64,000 nt of DNA from a bacterium (GCA_046331705.1 JAXLQJ010000002.1:142370-206369), one strand, 5' to 3'. Positions 8,982 to 19,591 are shown, counted from the first letter of the stretch. The notes: a model not told the origin generated them from the letters alone. A program made the numbers and translations.

Positions 8982-10703
8982 GTGGATCTCGAGGACGTCA
9001 CCGGGTCCATCGCGCCATCGGGAGCCCCCGCGCCCGCCGCCCCGCCGGTTCCGCGTGCGAGCGGAGACGATGGCTCGGCGGCCCCCGACGGAGGGTCCTC
9101 GCCAGCGGTCGCCGCGAGCGCCCACGCCATGACCGGCACCGCCACCGCGCCTCCCGCGGAAGGCAGCGGCGACGCCTCGGTGCCGGCGCGGATCTACCCG
9201 GAATACACCGACTACACCGCCGCCCAGGTCGAGACCGAGGCGGCGCGGCTTCGAAACCGGCTGCGCGCCCTCCAGATTCGCTTCGAATCGTGCGACCGAA
9301 CCCTCGGGCACGTGCTCGCCGCGTCGCACCGAGCCGAGTGCAGCGAAGCGGGTGGCGGCGACGTGCTCGCGAGGATCGCCGCGCTCGAGCTGGAACGCGT
9401 CGAGGGTGCCACCCGTGGGCGGCGCAAGTCCCGGGGGTCGGACGGCCTGCTCGGCGGCTTGCTGGGGAGCAAGCGCGGCGAGACGGGCAAGGCACGCGAG
9501 GCCATCGAGGGTGACCTCAAGGTGCCCGAGCCGATCGATCGCGAGCTGGTCGAGCTGGCGCGGACCGTCTGCAACGACCCACGCATCGCCGCACTGCCGG
9601 ACGAAGCGCTGCGCGCCAGCCTCGCCAAGCGCAGCGAGCTCACCCTCGAGGTCGCGGACATCGAGGGGCGCCTGCGGTTCCTGCGCCGGCGCGTGAATCC
9701 GACCACGCTCGAGCATCCACGCGCCTCCGGCGAGTTCCGCGACCGCTCCGCCGTGGCCATCGAGCCCGCGCGCGCCGGCGCCGCGTCGTCCCGCGATGGA
9801 CGCGAGGCTTCCGGCGACGCCGCTCGCGTTCCCGCCGAGCTGCTCGACGAGCTGGAGCGCCGAATCGACGAGCGGTTTCGGACGTGGGGGGCGCAGCTCG
9901 ACGAGATCCGGCGCGCCGTCGCGACACGCGAGCCGGACGCGGCGAACGCCTCCGACGACGAGGCGCGCGCGCGGCACGCCGCCACCGACGCCCGCATCGA
10001 TCAGCTGGCGCGGGATCTCGCGCACGGCCTGATGGGGCTCGAGCACGGCCAGCGCGAGCTCGCGCGGTCGCTCGAGGAAACGCTCGTCCAGATCGAGGCG
10101 GCGCAGCTGCGGGTGCTGGAACGCGAAGCGGAGCACCGCGCGCAACGCCTGGAGGTCGCCGCCCGCGAGCTCGCCACCGAGACCATGCGCAAGCAAGCGG
10201 CCGAGGCGGAGCTCGAGGTGACGCGGGCGCACCACGCGGCGCGCATCGAGGAAGAAGAGCTGCGCATGCGCGTCGATGCGGCGCGCCACACCCAGACCAT
10301 GCGCGAGCAAGAAGACGCGCACGACAAGGCGCTGGAGCGCGCCGGCGAGGAGGCGCGCCTCAAGCAGCTCGAGCTCACCCGCTCGCGCGAGGCGCGCACC
10401 AACGAGATCGAGCGAATGACGCGCCTGCGCAACCGCGCCGAGAGCGCCGCGTCCGCGCGCCGCATCCGCGAGGCGCGTGAGCGACGCCGCAACACCCTGT
10501 TGTGGGTCTCGGTCGTGTGCGGGATGGGATCGCTGCTGATCGGCTTGCTGTGGTTCTCGGGATTGCTCGGTGCGGCCACGCACTACCTGCGCAACGCGCG
10601 TCCGGCGGTGTCGGCGAGCGCCGCGGAAACGACCGCGCCGCCTCCGTCCGCCGATACCGCCCGGGGCGGTGCCGCACGCAACACGAGCCCCGGTCGCCGA
10701 TGA
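8982..10703 (+). CDS. Long coiled-coil protein with C-terminal transmembrane anchor
   Basis: E/R/A-rich heptad region, hydrophobic helix LLWVSVV...WFSGLL; start estimated. Confidence 0.7.
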   Translation: MDLEDVTGSIAPSGAPAPAAPPVPRASGDDGSAAPDGGSSPAVAASAHAMTGTATAPPAEGSGDASVPARIYPEYTDYTAAQVETEAARLRNRLRALQIRFESCDRTLGHVLAASHRAECSEAGGGDVLARIAALELERVEGATRGRRKSRGSDGLLGGLLGSKRGETGKAREAIEGDLKVPEPIDRELVELARTVCNDPRIAALPDEALRASLAKRSELTLEVADIEGRLRFLRRRVNPTTLEHPRASGEFRDRSAVAIEPARAGAASSRDGREASGDAARVPAELLDELERRIDERFRTWGAQLDEIRRAVATREPDAANASDDEARARHAATDARIDQLARDLAHGLMGLEHGQRELARSLEETLVQIEAAQLRVLEREAEHRAQRLEVAARELATETMRKQAAEAELEVTRAHHAARIEEEELRMRVDAARHTQTMREQEDAHDKALERAGEEARLKQLELTRSREARTNEIERMTRLRNRAESAASARRIREARERRRNTLLWVSVVCGMGSLLIGLLWFSGLLGAATHYLRNARPAVSASAAETTAPPPSADTARGGAARNTSPGRR

Positions 10704-10758
10704 AACGCCACGCGTGCGAGACTCGGAGCGGACGCCGCTCGTCGATCCAGGAGGCCCG

Positions 10759-11724
10759 ATGAAGCTCGAACGCATGCTCGAGATGTGCAAGCGCGATCAG
10801 TGGAAGGTGGGCGATCTCGACTGGAGCAAGCCGCCTCGCAAGCTCTCCCAGTCCGACGAGATCGCGATCGTCCAGCTCTTCACCGACATGGCGGGGATCG
10901 AGCGCATGGCCGGGGCACTCTTCGAAGAACAGCGGCGCAAGACCACCGATCCGGTGCTGCGCGAGATCTTCGCGACGTTCGTGACCGACGAGGTGCGCCA
11001 TGCCCACGCGGCGCAGATGCTCGCCGACTACTACGACGTCCACAAATTCCAGGCGTACCTGCCGAACCCGGCGCTCACGCGCTTCTATCCGCACTTCGTG
11101 AGCACCATCCGTTTCCTGTCGCCCGAGATCGCGACGGTCTACATCACCACCGGCGAGCTGATCCTGGACGTGGCGCTGCTGCGCTCGATCAACGACTACG
11201 TGGCCGACGACATGAGCCAGCAGGCGATGGACCTCATCAACCGCGACGAGTCGCGGCACATCGCCATCGATTTCCACATGACCGAGTACTACGCCTCGAA
11301 GGAATACCTCGCGGACCTCGAGAAGGAGCCCAAGCGCGCGCTCGGCGAGCAACTGCGCGCGTGGGCCGCGTTCGCCGGCCTCTTCTACTACGCGCGCCCT
11401 TTCTTCAAGAGCGTCTTCTTCGAGCCCATGGACCTGGTCGATCCGTCCGGCAAGCGCATCAAGGAAGCCTTCAAGCGCATGCAGCTCCTGTCGCTCAAGG
11501 ACGGCGTCCTCGACCGCCCGTTCCCGCGCTTCCTGGACCGCATGCGGCTCTTGTTCGAGCATCCGGTCGCGGGCCCCATCCTCGGCCCCGCGATCGTGCG
11601 GCTCCTCGGTGTCGATCCACGCTTCATCGCGACGCTCTACGATTCGTCCGATGCGGAGCGCGCCAAGCAGATGAGCTTCGACGACCTCGCGCAAGAGGCG
11701 TTGTCGCTCAAGTACACGAATTGA
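10759..11724 (+). CDS. Ferritin-like diiron domain protein
   Basis: Two ExxH motifs (DEVRH, DESRH); GGAGG RBS. Confidence 0.85.
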   Translation: MKLERMLEMCKRDQWKVGDLDWSKPPRKLSQSDEIAIVQLFTDMAGIERMAGALFEEQRRKTTDPVLREIFATFVTDEVRHAHAAQMLADYYDVHKFQAYLPNPALTRFYPHFVSTIRFLSPEIATVYITTGELILDVALLRSINDYVADDMSQQAMDLINRDESRHIAIDFHMTEYYASKEYLADLEKEPKRALGEQLRAWAAFAGLFYYARPFFKSVFFEPMDLVDPSGKRIKEAFKRMQLLSLKDGVLDRPFPRFLDRMRLLFEHPVAGPILGPAIVRLLGVDPRFIATLYDSSDAERAKQMSFDDLAQEALSLKYTN

Positions 11725-12467
11725 AGCGACGCATCTTCGTCGGCGACATCCAAGGTTGCCGCGACGAGCTCGAGCGCCTGCTCGAGCTCGCGGCGTTCCA
11801 GCCGGGCGTCGACGAGCTCCACCCCGTCGGCGACCTCGTGAATCGCGGCCCCGACTCGCTGGGAGTGCTGAGGCTCCTGGCGAGCGTGGACGCGGGCGGT
11901 GTGCTCGGGAATCACGACGCCCACCTGCTGCGCGTGGCCGCGGGCGAGCGGGCCAGCGGCCCGCGCGACACCTTCCACGACGTGCTCGCCGCGCCGGATC
12001 GAGCGGCGCTGCTCGCTTGGCTCGCGGCGCGACCGGTGGTGCGCGAGTGGAGCGACGTGATCCTGGTGCACGCGGGCCTGCACCCGGCGTGGACGCGTGC
12101 CGGCGCCGAGGGCCGCTCGCTCGCGAGCCACTTCGATCGAGCGCTGCGCGGCGAGGCCGCCGAGCACGCACGCCGCTTCGCGCTGACGGTCCGCTATTGC
12201 GCCGAGGACGGCTCGCGTCCCGCCGCCGATTGGCCACCGCCTGGCGTGCCGTATCGGCCCTGGTTCGAGTTCCTCCCCGGTCATCCGTCCGAGCGGCGCA
12301 CCGTGGTCTTCGGCCACTGGGCGCGGCTCGGCCGGGTGGAGCGCCCACGACTGCGCGGCCTCGATACGGGCTGCGTGTGGGGCAAGACCCTCACCGCGTG
12401 GATCGCCGAGGACGATCGCTGGCTCAGCGTCGACGCACGGCGCGCCTACTCGACCCACCGCGAATGA
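11721..12467 (+). CDS. apaH: Symmetrical bis(5'-nucleosyl)-tetraphosphatase-like metallophosphoesterase
   Basis: GDIQGC, GDLVNRGP, LGNHD, VHAG, FGHW, LDTGCVWG; TTGA overlap. Confidence 0.85.
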   Translation: MKRRIFVGDIQGCRDELERLLELAAFQPGVDELHPVGDLVNRGPDSLGVLRLLASVDAGGVLGNHDAHLLRVAAGERASGPRDTFHDVLAAPDRAALLAWLAARPVVREWSDVILVHAGLHPAWTRAGAEGRSLASHFDRALRGEAAEHARRFALTVRYCAEDGSRPAADWPPPGVPYRPWFEFLPGHPSERRTVVFGHWARLGRVERPRLRGLDTGCVWGKTLTAWIAEDDRWLSVDARRAYSTHRE

Positions 12468-12480
12468 GTCGCGGCAGCGC

Positions 12481-14196
12481 TCAGCCGCGCAGCGCGGCCA
12501 CCGCGATGCCCGGAATCTTCGTGAGCGACGGCTTCGCCTCGTAGGCCGCGAGCTTCTTCCCCAGCTCGGCGCCACCCTTGTGGGTCGCGAACCAGGGCGG
12601 CTTCGGTGCCATCGTGAACGGTCCACGGATCACGGTCTTCTGCGGGCGATGGAACATGAGCGCGTTGTGGACCACGCCGATGCCGCTGCGCACGTCGTCG
12701 AGGGTGTGACCAGGGAAGGCCCCCCACGTCGTCCACACCAAGCCGTAGGCGAGCGCCGCCCATTGATTGATGGCGACGGTGCCGTAGCGCAGCGCGGCGA
12801 CGGACTCCTCGAACGCCGCGCCCACGGCCGGATCGGCGAGGGTCTTGGGGCTCGCCACGATCGAGCACGAGAGGGTTCCCCACAGCGTGTCGTTGGCGAA
12901 GCTCGTCACCTTGCGCAGGAAGTCCACCGGATCGCTCGCGGGCAGCGGCGCTTCGGCGAGGACCGAGCACCACGCCTCGGTGGTGAACGCGGGATCGTCG
13001 CGATTGGCCGGGTCCACCCCCGTCACCAGCGTCCACGGCAGCCGCGCCCCGGCGCCTTGCCCGATCCGCTCCGCCTCGGGATGCGCGGACACGAATCGCT
13101 GGTAGCGCGCTTCCGAGCCGGGATAGTAGGCGAGGCGCGGCGCCAGCGCTCCCAGGACCTGGCGCAGGCGAGCGAGAAACGCCTCGCGCTGGGGCCATCC
13201 CGCGTGGGTGACCAGCACCTTGGCCGCGTTGCAGTTGTGGGAGGCGTTGTTGCTGAGCATGGTCGCCACGTTCTCGGCCTGGAACGAGAGCTCGGCGTCG
13301 CTCCACTCGCCGGGCACCAGGATCACGGGCGTCACGCAACCGAGCTCGCTGGTGAAGCGCTTGGTGACGCGCGGCTTGCCGGCCTTCTTCGCGGCGTCCT
13401 GCTCCGCACCCGGTCGTCCCCACACGATCATGTCGTGGACGCGATCCGAGCCCGTCATGTGGATCTCGTCGACTCCCGGATGGTGAACCAGGAAGTCGCC
13501 CTCGTCCGCATCGCCGTAGACCACCCGCAGATAGCCCTCGTCCACCAGCGGCTGGAAGCCTTGCTCGACGTAGGGTCCGGTGTAGTCGTTCACCGGGTTC
13601 ATCTTGAGCACGCAGACCTGGTTCTCGACGAAGAGCTTGTAGAGCACGTCCATGGGCCCGATGCTCGCGACATTGCCGGCGCCCAGCACCAGCGCGACCT
13701 TGCCGGCATCGGCCACGTCGCCTTGCTGGTACGCCCACGCCATCCCGCCGATCACCTCGTCGCGGGCCGCGCCCGGCTCCATCCAGATCTCGGCCGAGAG
13801 CTTGGGGAAGAGCATCGGGTCGAGCGGCTCGCGCGGAAACACCTTCGCGATCACCTGGCCGTCGGGACGAAGCGAGAGCTGCTTGGCCTCGAGGCGCGGC
13901 CGGCCGTGCTTGCGGATCTCGTCGAGCACCATCGCGAGCAGGCGCAGATTGCGGAGCGTCGTCATCGGGCCGCCGAGCCAGTTCTCGGCTGCGGCGGGGT
14001 CCGTGTCGGCGATCCCCTTCGCCCGGTTGGCGGCCGCCACCAAGCCCGCGGCGCTCTCCGACGTGGCCTTCAGGCAACGCTGCAAGAGGTCGATGCGCGC
14101 GGGCACGCCCAAGCGCGCCCAGCGCCCCTTGCCGTCCTGGAGCACGGAAACCGCGCGGTGCAGCTCGTCTTTGGGCGTCGGCTTCATCGTCGCCAT
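12481..14196 (-). CDS. Aldehyde dehydrogenase family protein
   Basis: GAGN, LKMNP, HMTGS, ELGCVTP and catalytic Cys in HNCNA. Confidence 0.9.
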   Translation of the reverse strand: MATMKPTPKDELHRAVSVLQDGKGRWARLGVPARIDLLQRCLKATSESAAGLVAAANRAKGIADTDPAAAENWLGGPMTTLRNLRLLAMVLDEIRKHGRPRLEAKQLSLRPDGQVIAKVFPREPLDPMLFPKLSAEIWMEPGAARDEVIGGMAWAYQQGDVADAGKVALVLGAGNVASIGPMDVLYKLFVENQVCVLKMNPVNDYTGPYVEQGFQPLVDEGYLRVVYGDADEGDFLVHHPGVDEIHMTGSDRVHDMIVWGRPGAEQDAAKKAGKPRVTKRFTSELGCVTPVILVPGEWSDAELSFQAENVATMLSNNASHNCNAAKVLVTHAGWPQREAFLARLRQVLGALAPRLAYYPGSEARYQRFVSAHPEAERIGQGAGARLPWTLVTGVDPANRDDPAFTTEAWCSVLAEAPLPASDPVDFLRKVTSFANDTLWGTLSCSIVASPKTLADPAVGAAFEESVAALRYGTVAINQWAALAYGLVWTTWGAFPGHTLDDVRSGIGVVHNALMFHRPQKTVIRGPFTMAPKPPWFATHKGGAELGKKLAAYEAKPSLTKIPGIAVAALRG

Positions 14197-14384
14197 GCGT
14201 CTCCTCGTCGTGTCGGCGGCGCGGTGCGCCCGCCGGCTCGCAGCGGCGAGCCATCGCGCGAGTGTAACCCGGCGACTGCGACTCCCCGGCGGCGAGGCGG
14301 ATTCGAGCCCGGCGCGCTTCGCGGACGCGGCGCGCGTCGCTACCCTGCCGCCGACGTCGCCCAGACCGGCCCGACGGAGGAGCC

Positions 14385-14960
14385 ATGACCCGAGGACGTC
14401 TCGAGGCCTTCAGCGACGGGGTGATCGCCATCCTGATCACCATCATGGTGCTCGAGCTCGAGACTCCTCACGGCACCGACTGGCTGGCGCTGCGCGAGAA
14501 GGCGCCGGTCTTCGCCGCCTACGTCGTGAGCTTCGTCTACCTCGGGATCTACTGGAACAATCATCACCACATGTTCCACCTGGTGCAGCGGATCAGCGGC
14601 GGGATCCTGTGGGCGAACCTGCACCTCTTGTTCTGGCTCTCGCTGATCCCGTTCGCCACGGCGTGGGCGGGCGAGCACGACTTCGCGCCGCTGCCCACCG
14701 CGGTCTACGGCGGGGTGCTCTTTCTGTCGGCGCTGGCCTGGCTGATCCTCCAGACCACGATCATCGCCGACCAAGGACCCGGCTCGCGACTGGCCGAAGC
14801 GGTCGGCAACGATGCCAAGGGCAAGGTCTCGGCCTTGCTCTACGCGAGCGCGATCCCGCTCGCGTTCCTGAACGCGTGGATCTCGTGCGGCCTGTACGTG
14901 CTGGTGGCGTTGCTGTGGCTGGTTCCCGATCGCCGCTTCGCGTCGCGCGCCTCCGCATGA
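14385..14960 (+). CDS. TMEM175 family (DUF1211) potassium channel
   Basis: RLEAFSDGVIAILITIMVLE and YWNNHH signatures; GGAGGAG RBS. Confidence 0.93.
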   Translation: MTRGRLEAFSDGVIAILITIMVLELETPHGTDWLALREKAPVFAAYVVSFVYLGIYWNNHHHMFHLVQRISGGILWANLHLLFWLSLIPFATAWAGEHDFAPLPTAVYGGVLFLSALAWLILQTTIIADQGPGSRLAEAVGNDAKGKVSALLYASAIPLAFLNAWISCGLYVLVALLWLVPDRRFASRASA

Positions 14961-14993
14961 GCGCGGCGCGGGTGCGCCACCGCTCGGGCAGCC

Positions 14994-15326
14994 TCAGTGC
15001 GCGACGGTCTTCGAGAACACGTTGAGCACGATCACTCCCGCGACGATCAGCGCGATGCCACCGAGCGCCGCGGCGTCGAGCGTCTGGCCGTAGACGAGCC
15101 AGGACACCAGCGCGATGAGCGCGATCCCCACCCCCGACCACACCGCGTAGGTCACGGCCACGGGGATGGTGCGCAGCGTCAGCGACAGGAAGAAGAACGC
15201 GATCGCGTAGCCGATCACCACCGCGAGCGACGGCGCGAGGCGCGTGAAGCCGTCGCTGGCCTTGAGCGCCGAGGTGCCCACCACCTCGCTGACGATCGCG
15301 ATCACCAGGTAGACCCAAGGGCTCAT
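14994..15326 (-). CDS. SMR family efflux transporter (EmrE/QacE-like)
   Basis: 110 aa, four TM helices, conserved Glu14 (IVSEVVGT), YAVWSG. Confidence 0.93.
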   Translation of the reverse strand: MSPWVYLVIAIVSEVVGTSALKASDGFTRLAPSLAVVIGYAIAFFFLSLTLRTIPVAVTYAVWSGVGIALIALVSWLVYGQTLDAAALGGIALIVAGVIVLNVFSKTVAH

Positions 15327-15355
15327 CGCACGCCTCCTCGGCACCGCGGGATCGT

Positions 15356-15835
15356 TCACACGCCCAGCCGGTAGCGAAGGTAGCCCGGCACGAGGACGGG
15401 GTGCGCGGCGATGGCACGCACCAGCGCGAGCTGATCGAAGTAGACCGCGCGCTCGATCGCGAGCTCCCCCGCGAGCCGGAACCGGTCCACCGCCGGGATC
15501 GAGATCTCCTCGCGCCCCACCGGCAGCAGCATGCGCCACTCGATGAACACCAGGTCGGCGGCGCCGCACGAACGCTCGATGGCGCCGCGCAGCGCGGGAA
15601 GCCAGCGGAAGAGCCGCCGGAAGTCCTCGAGCGCGCGCTCGCGGCCGCGGATCGGCGGACGGTGTGGCTGCAGCAGCACCACGTCCGGGTGCAGCAGCGC
15701 GCACAGCCCCTCGGGTGTCGGCTCGCTCCACGCAAGCTCGAACGCGCGCGCGAAGGAGGTGGTCACGGTCGGCGCTCGCTCGGCCAGCGGAATCGCTCGG
15801 CGGGAGACGATCCGGAAGCGTCGATTCGCGGTCAC
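15356..15835 (-). CDS. SnoaL/NTF2-like protein
   Basis: [30 protein letters not shown] overlap with upstream gene. Confidence 0.75.
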   Translation of the reverse strand: MTANRRFRIVSRRAIPLAERAPTVTTSFARAFELAWSEPTPEGLCALLHPDVVLLQPHRPPIRGRERALEDFRRLFRWLPALRGAIERSCGAADLVFIEWRMLLPVGREEISIPAVDRFRLAGELAIERAVYFDQLALVRAIAAHPVLVPGYLRYRLGV

Positions 15836-16299
15836 GCCGGGTCGGTCGGCGCGCCGGCACCCGACGCCAGCGATCCCACCTCGAGCACCAGCGCCCGCAA
15901 CGACAGGTTGATGTCGCTCATGAAGAACCCGAGCGAGCCGATCAGCGCCAGCATGCAGCAAACGAAGAGCCCGGCGATCGGCTGCGCCAGCTGGAAGTCG
16001 AACACCGCGCTCACGAAGAGCACGATCACCAACGTCGCCGCCAGCAGCACGCTCAGGCCCGCGAGCGCGATCGCCGCGCGCACCAGCCGCGCCCTGCGCA
16101 TCAGGATCCGGAGCTGAGCGACGACGCTCGCGCGATGGCTCGACTCCGCCACGCGCAGCTGCCGGGTCAGCTCGCGGGCGCGGTCGATGACACGGCCGAA
16201 GCGATTGGTCATCGACAGCAGCAAGAGCCCGACGCCGGAGATCAGGATCACCGGCCCGACCGCGAACTGCAGAATGGGGATCAGGTGGCCGAGCGTCAT
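15832..16299 (-). CDS. DUF2721 family membrane protein
   Basis: [30 protein letters not shown] signature. Confidence 0.85.
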   Translation of the reverse strand: MTLGHLIPILQFAVGPVILISGVGLLLLSMTNRFGRVIDRARELTRQLRVAESSHRASVVAQLRILMRRARLVRAAIALAGLSVLLAATLVIVLFVSAVFDFQLAQPIAGLFVCCMLALIGSLGFFMSDINLSLRALVLEVGSLASGAGAPTDPA

Positions 16300-16335
16300 G
16301 CTTCCGAGGGTAGCCGCGCGCTCGCGGAATCGGAA

Positions 16336-16650
16336 TCAAGCCGGCCGTTCGGCTTCGCAGTTCCAGCAGCGCGCGAAGTCGGCATCGACGCTCTCGGCGC
16401 AACGGGGGCAGCGCCAGGGCGGCCCACGCGGATCCGGTGACTCGTGGACCACGGCGAGCAAGAGCCGCGCCCGCGCCGCGTCGCTCTCGTCGGCGACCCA
16501 CAGCTCGGGCCACGTCTCCGTCCACGGCAGATCGCCGAGCGCCGCCGTCTTGAACTGGTTGCGGACCTCGCTGGCGATGCCGTACGCCGCGAGGTGGTCC
16601 TGCGCCAGCTTGAGCTCGGCGAGCGTCTTGGCGCTGTGCACGCGGATCAC
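16336..16650 (-). CDS. DUF2007 family protein with C-terminal zinc ribbon
   Basis: L...GI, PELWV and WRCPRC...CWNC. Confidence 0.85.
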   Translation of the reverse strand: MIRVHSAKTLAELKLAQDHLAAYGIASEVRNQFKTAALGDLPWTETWPELWVADESDAARARLLLAVVHESPDPRGPPWRCPRCAESVDADFARCWNCEAERPA

Positions 16651-16662
16651 GGCACGCGCGGA

Positions 16663-17541
16663 CTATCCGACCAGCGACTGGAACGCGCGCATGGCCTGGC
16701 CGAGGTAGTGGTACGGCGGCGTCTTGCTCGCATCGTTCTTCGGCTCGTAGGGACCGGTGAGATACGGCACGTACATCGAGCGGCGCAAGCTCGCGACGCC
16801 GGTCGCCTGCGACTGCGCCACCCGGTGCCAGGTGCGTCCGTCGTGGACGGTCAGGTCGCCCGGCTGGGTCTCGACGCAGATCTCCTGGGGATCGGTGTCG
16901 TGGCTCACGAAGTACAGCTTGCGGAAGCAGGTGTCCCAGAAGCCTTGGGTGTGGCTGCCGGGGATGATGCGCAAGCCGCCGTTGGCCGCGTTGCACGCGT
17001 CCAGGTGCAGCCCCACGTTGAGCATCCGCACCGGCATGCGGCCGTAGAAGACGTCGCGCAGCCCGTCGGTGTGCCAGCCCAGACGCTTGTAGATCGAGCC
17101 GCGCACGTTCAGGTAGCGGTTCACCACCACGCCGTCCTTCTCGCCGTCTCCCACCCGGGCGCTCTCCCCCACCAGCTTGCGGATGGGCTCGAAGCGCGGA
17201 TCGTGGACGAATCGGCGGATCTCCTCGGAGAACATCGACGAGAACGTGAAGCGCTGGATCCAGCGCTCGCCCTTCTCGTTCTTGCCGAAGAAGACCGGGA
17301 TGCCGTTCACCCGCGTGCGCCCCTCGGCGAGCCATTGGCGCTCGATGCGCTCGAGCTCGCGGGTGATCATGCCGACCTCGTCGGCGCTCGCGACCTGATC
17401 GAAGACCAGGAAGCCGTGGGTGTCGAGGAACGCGCGCTGCTCGGGCGTGACCTCGTCGCCCAGGCGAAATCGCGTGGTCACGGGGAGGGTCGAGCGTCCG
17501 TTCGCGGAAGGCGCGGGTGCGCGGTGTTCGAGCTCATTCAT
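16663..17541 (-). CDS. Phytanoyl-CoA dioxygenase (PhyH) family Fe(II)/2OG oxygenase
   Basis: WHTD, NGGLRIIPGSH, PGDLTVH...WH, RR motifs. Confidence 0.9.
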   Translation of the reverse strand: MNELEHRAPAPSANGRSTLPVTTRFRLGDEVTPEQRAFLDTHGFLVFDQVASADEVGMITRELERIERQWLAEGRTRVNGIPVFFGKNEKGERWIQRFTFSSMFSEEIRRFVHDPRFEPIRKLVGESARVGDGEKDGVVVNRYLNVRGSIYKRLGWHTDGLRDVFYGRMPVRMLNVGLHLDACNAANGGLRIIPGSHTQGFWDTCFRKLYFVSHDTDPQEICVETQPGDLTVHDGRTWHRVAQSQATGVASLRRSMYVPYLTGPYEPKNDASKTPPYHYLGQAMRAFQSLVG

Positions 17542-18217
17542 CGGTCGTTCTCCGCGCGTGGGTGCGGCGTGCGGCACCACGCGCCGGTGGGGTCGGTGCG
17601 ACGTCGAGCAGCCGCAAGGCCAGCTCCACGAGGTGATCTTCGACGGCTTCCCGCGCCGCGTCGCGCTTGGTGGGCGAGCCCACCACCAGCGCCAGCTCGC
17701 GCGACGAGGTGAGCCCGTAGCGGATGGCGAGATGGGTGAGGCTCTGGACCGCGAGCCGCATCTCGCTCGCGGGCCGCCCCACCAGACGCTCGAGCAACGT
17801 GGAGGTGCGCTCCAGGAACGGAAGCTGCTTGGCGGCGCGCCAGCGCGGATCGACCTCGCCGGTGTCGATCACGGTGCGCATCATGAGCTGGATCTGCGGA
17901 CGGTGCGCGCACACGAAGCGGTAGCCCGCGCGAACCACGCGATCGATCAGCGCGGCGAGATCGCCGCCGTCGTCGAGCGCCCGATCGAGCTCGCGCTGCA
18001 ACGGATCGAGCTCGGCGTACATCGCCGCGATCGCCGCCTGGTAGAGCGCGTCCTTGTTGCCGAAGTAGTGGTGTACCAGCCCCAAGCTCACACCCGCGTC
18101 GCGCGCCACGTCGCGGATGGAGGTGCCGTCGACACCGTGCTCGGCGAAGAGCACCGACGCCGCCTCCAGCACCTTGCGCCGAGTCGCCTCGGCATCCGCG
18201 TTCACCGGTCGCGCCAT
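17534..18217 (-). CDS. TetR/AcrR family transcriptional regulator
   Basis: RRKVLEAA..LF...G...TSIRDVARDAGVSLGLVHHYFGNKDAL. Confidence 0.93.
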   Translation of the reverse strand: MARPVNADAEATRRKVLEAASVLFAEHGVDGTSIRDVARDAGVSLGLVHHYFGNKDALYQAAIAAMYAELDPLQRELDRALDDGGDLAALIDRVVRAGYRFVCAHRPQIQLMMRTVIDTGEVDPRWRAAKQLPFLERTSTLLERLVGRPASEMRLAVQSLTHLAIRYGLTSSRELALVVGSPTKRDAAREAVEDHLVELALRLLDVAPTPPARGAARRTHARRTTDE

Positions 18218-18245
18218 GCATTCACCCACTCGCTGCGAGCCCTTC

Positions 18246-18276
18246 ATAATTAATTGATCGTTCAATTCATTGTCAA
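18246..18276 (-). promoter_or_regulatory. Sigma70-type promoter with overlapping TetR-type operator
   Basis: Minus-strand TTGACA (18276-18271) with an AT-rich -10 at 17 bp; palindrome AATTGA-TCGT-TCAATT (18252-18267) in the spacer. Confidence 0.7.
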
Positions 18277-18382
18277 CCAATCCGCGCGGTGAGCGAGCCG
18301 ATCGACTCGATTCGCTGCGCCCCGCATTCGGTCCCGGCAACGCGCTTGCGGAACGGAGAACGCACCCCCATCCTGGCGAGCC

Positions 18383-19591
18383 GTGACGAAGAGCGCTCCC
18401 GAGCACCAGCCGGCCGCCGACGCCTTGACCGTCGAGGTCGCGACGTCGCTCGCCGCGGTCGACGCCGCGTCCTGGGACGCGCTCGCCGGCGACGACGATC
18501 CGTTCGTCGAGCACGCGTTTCTCGCGGCGCTCGAGGCGAGCGGCAGCGTCGGCCGCGGAACCGGTTGGGATCCGGTGCACGTGCTGGTGCGCAGCGGCGG
18601 CCGCCTGGTGGGCGCGACCCCCCTCTACGTGAAGAGCAACAGCTACGGCGAGTACATCTTCGACTGGGGCTGGGCTTCGGCGGCACAGCGCGCCGGCATC
18701 CGCTACTACCCGAAGCTGGTGTCCGCGGTACCGTTCACGCCCGCCACGGGCCGGCGGTTCTTGGTCGAGGGTGCGGCCACCGACGGCCCCGTCGTCGACG
18801 CGCTCGTCGACGGCATCCACGCGGTGGCCGACCAGATCCGCGCGTCGTCGGTCCACTGGCTCTTCCTCTCCGCCGCCGAGCACGCGGCGCTGGCCGTCCG
18901 ACCCGATTGCCTCGCACGGCTCACGTATCAATTCCACTGGACCAACGCCGGCTACGCGAGCTTCGACGATTACCTGGGCGCCATGCGTTCCGCGGCGCGC
19001 AAGGAAGTCCGGCGCGAGCGACGCAAGGCGGCCGAGTCCGGCCTCACCCTCGCCACCAAGCGCGGCACCGAGCTCGGCAACGCCGAGTGGTCGGCGCTCT
19101 TTCGCTTCTACACCGACACCACGGCCCGCAAGGGCGCGATCGCCTACCTCACCCAGCGCTTCTTCGACGAGCTGCGCCGCACCATCCCCCATCGCGTGGT
19201 GATCGCGCTCGCGTCGCGCGGCGACGAGCCCGTCGCCGGGGCGCTCGCGTTTCACAAGGGGAAACAGCTCTTCGGTCGCTACTGGGGCGCGCTCGACGAC
19301 TTCGAGGCGCTGCATTTCGAGCTCTGCTACTACCGCCTCATCGACTTCGCGATCGAGCACCGGCTCGAGCGCTTCGAGGCGGGCGCACAAGGCGAGCACA
19401 AGCTCAAGCGCGGGCTCCTGCCCGCGCCCACCTACAGCATCCACTGGATCCGTCATGCCGGGCTCGCCGAGGCCATCGCCGAGTACCTGCCGCGCGAGAC
19501 CCGCTCGATGGAAGCCGAGATGCGCTATTTCGCCGAGCGCTCGCCGTTCAAGCAAGCCGACGACGAGCCGAATCCCGAGTGCTCTCCATGA
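18383..19591 (+). CDS. GNAT-fold FemAB-like protein (DUF482)
   Basis: SYGEYIFDWGWA, YYPKLVSAVPFTP, LFGRYWG, LHFELCYY, EAGAQGEHK. Confidence 0.93.
   Translation: MTKSAPEHQPAADALTVEVATSLAAVDAASWDALAGDDDPFVEHAFLAALEASGSVGRGTGWDPVHVLVRSGGRLVGATPLYVKSNSYGEYIFDWGWASAAQRAGIRYYPKLVSAVPFTPATGRRFLVEGAATDGPVVDALVDGIHAVADQIRASSVHWLFLSAAEHAALAVRPDCLARLTYQFHWTNAGYASFDDYLGAMRSAARKEVRRERRKAAESGLTLATKRGTELGNAEWSALFRFYTDTTARKGAIAYLTQRFFDELRRTIPHRVVIALASRGDEPVAGALAFHKGKQLFGRYWGALDDFEALHFELCYYRLIDFAIEHRLERFEAGAQGEHKLKRGLLPAPTYSIHWIRHAGLAEAIAEYLPRETRSMEAEMRYFAERSPFKQADDEPNPECSP

Noticed and set aside
18289-19587. 634-aa extended version of the sigma-factor ORF
   Set aside because: The upstream part overlaps the DUF482 gene in another frame; the ATGA-coupled start at 19588 is far more plausible.
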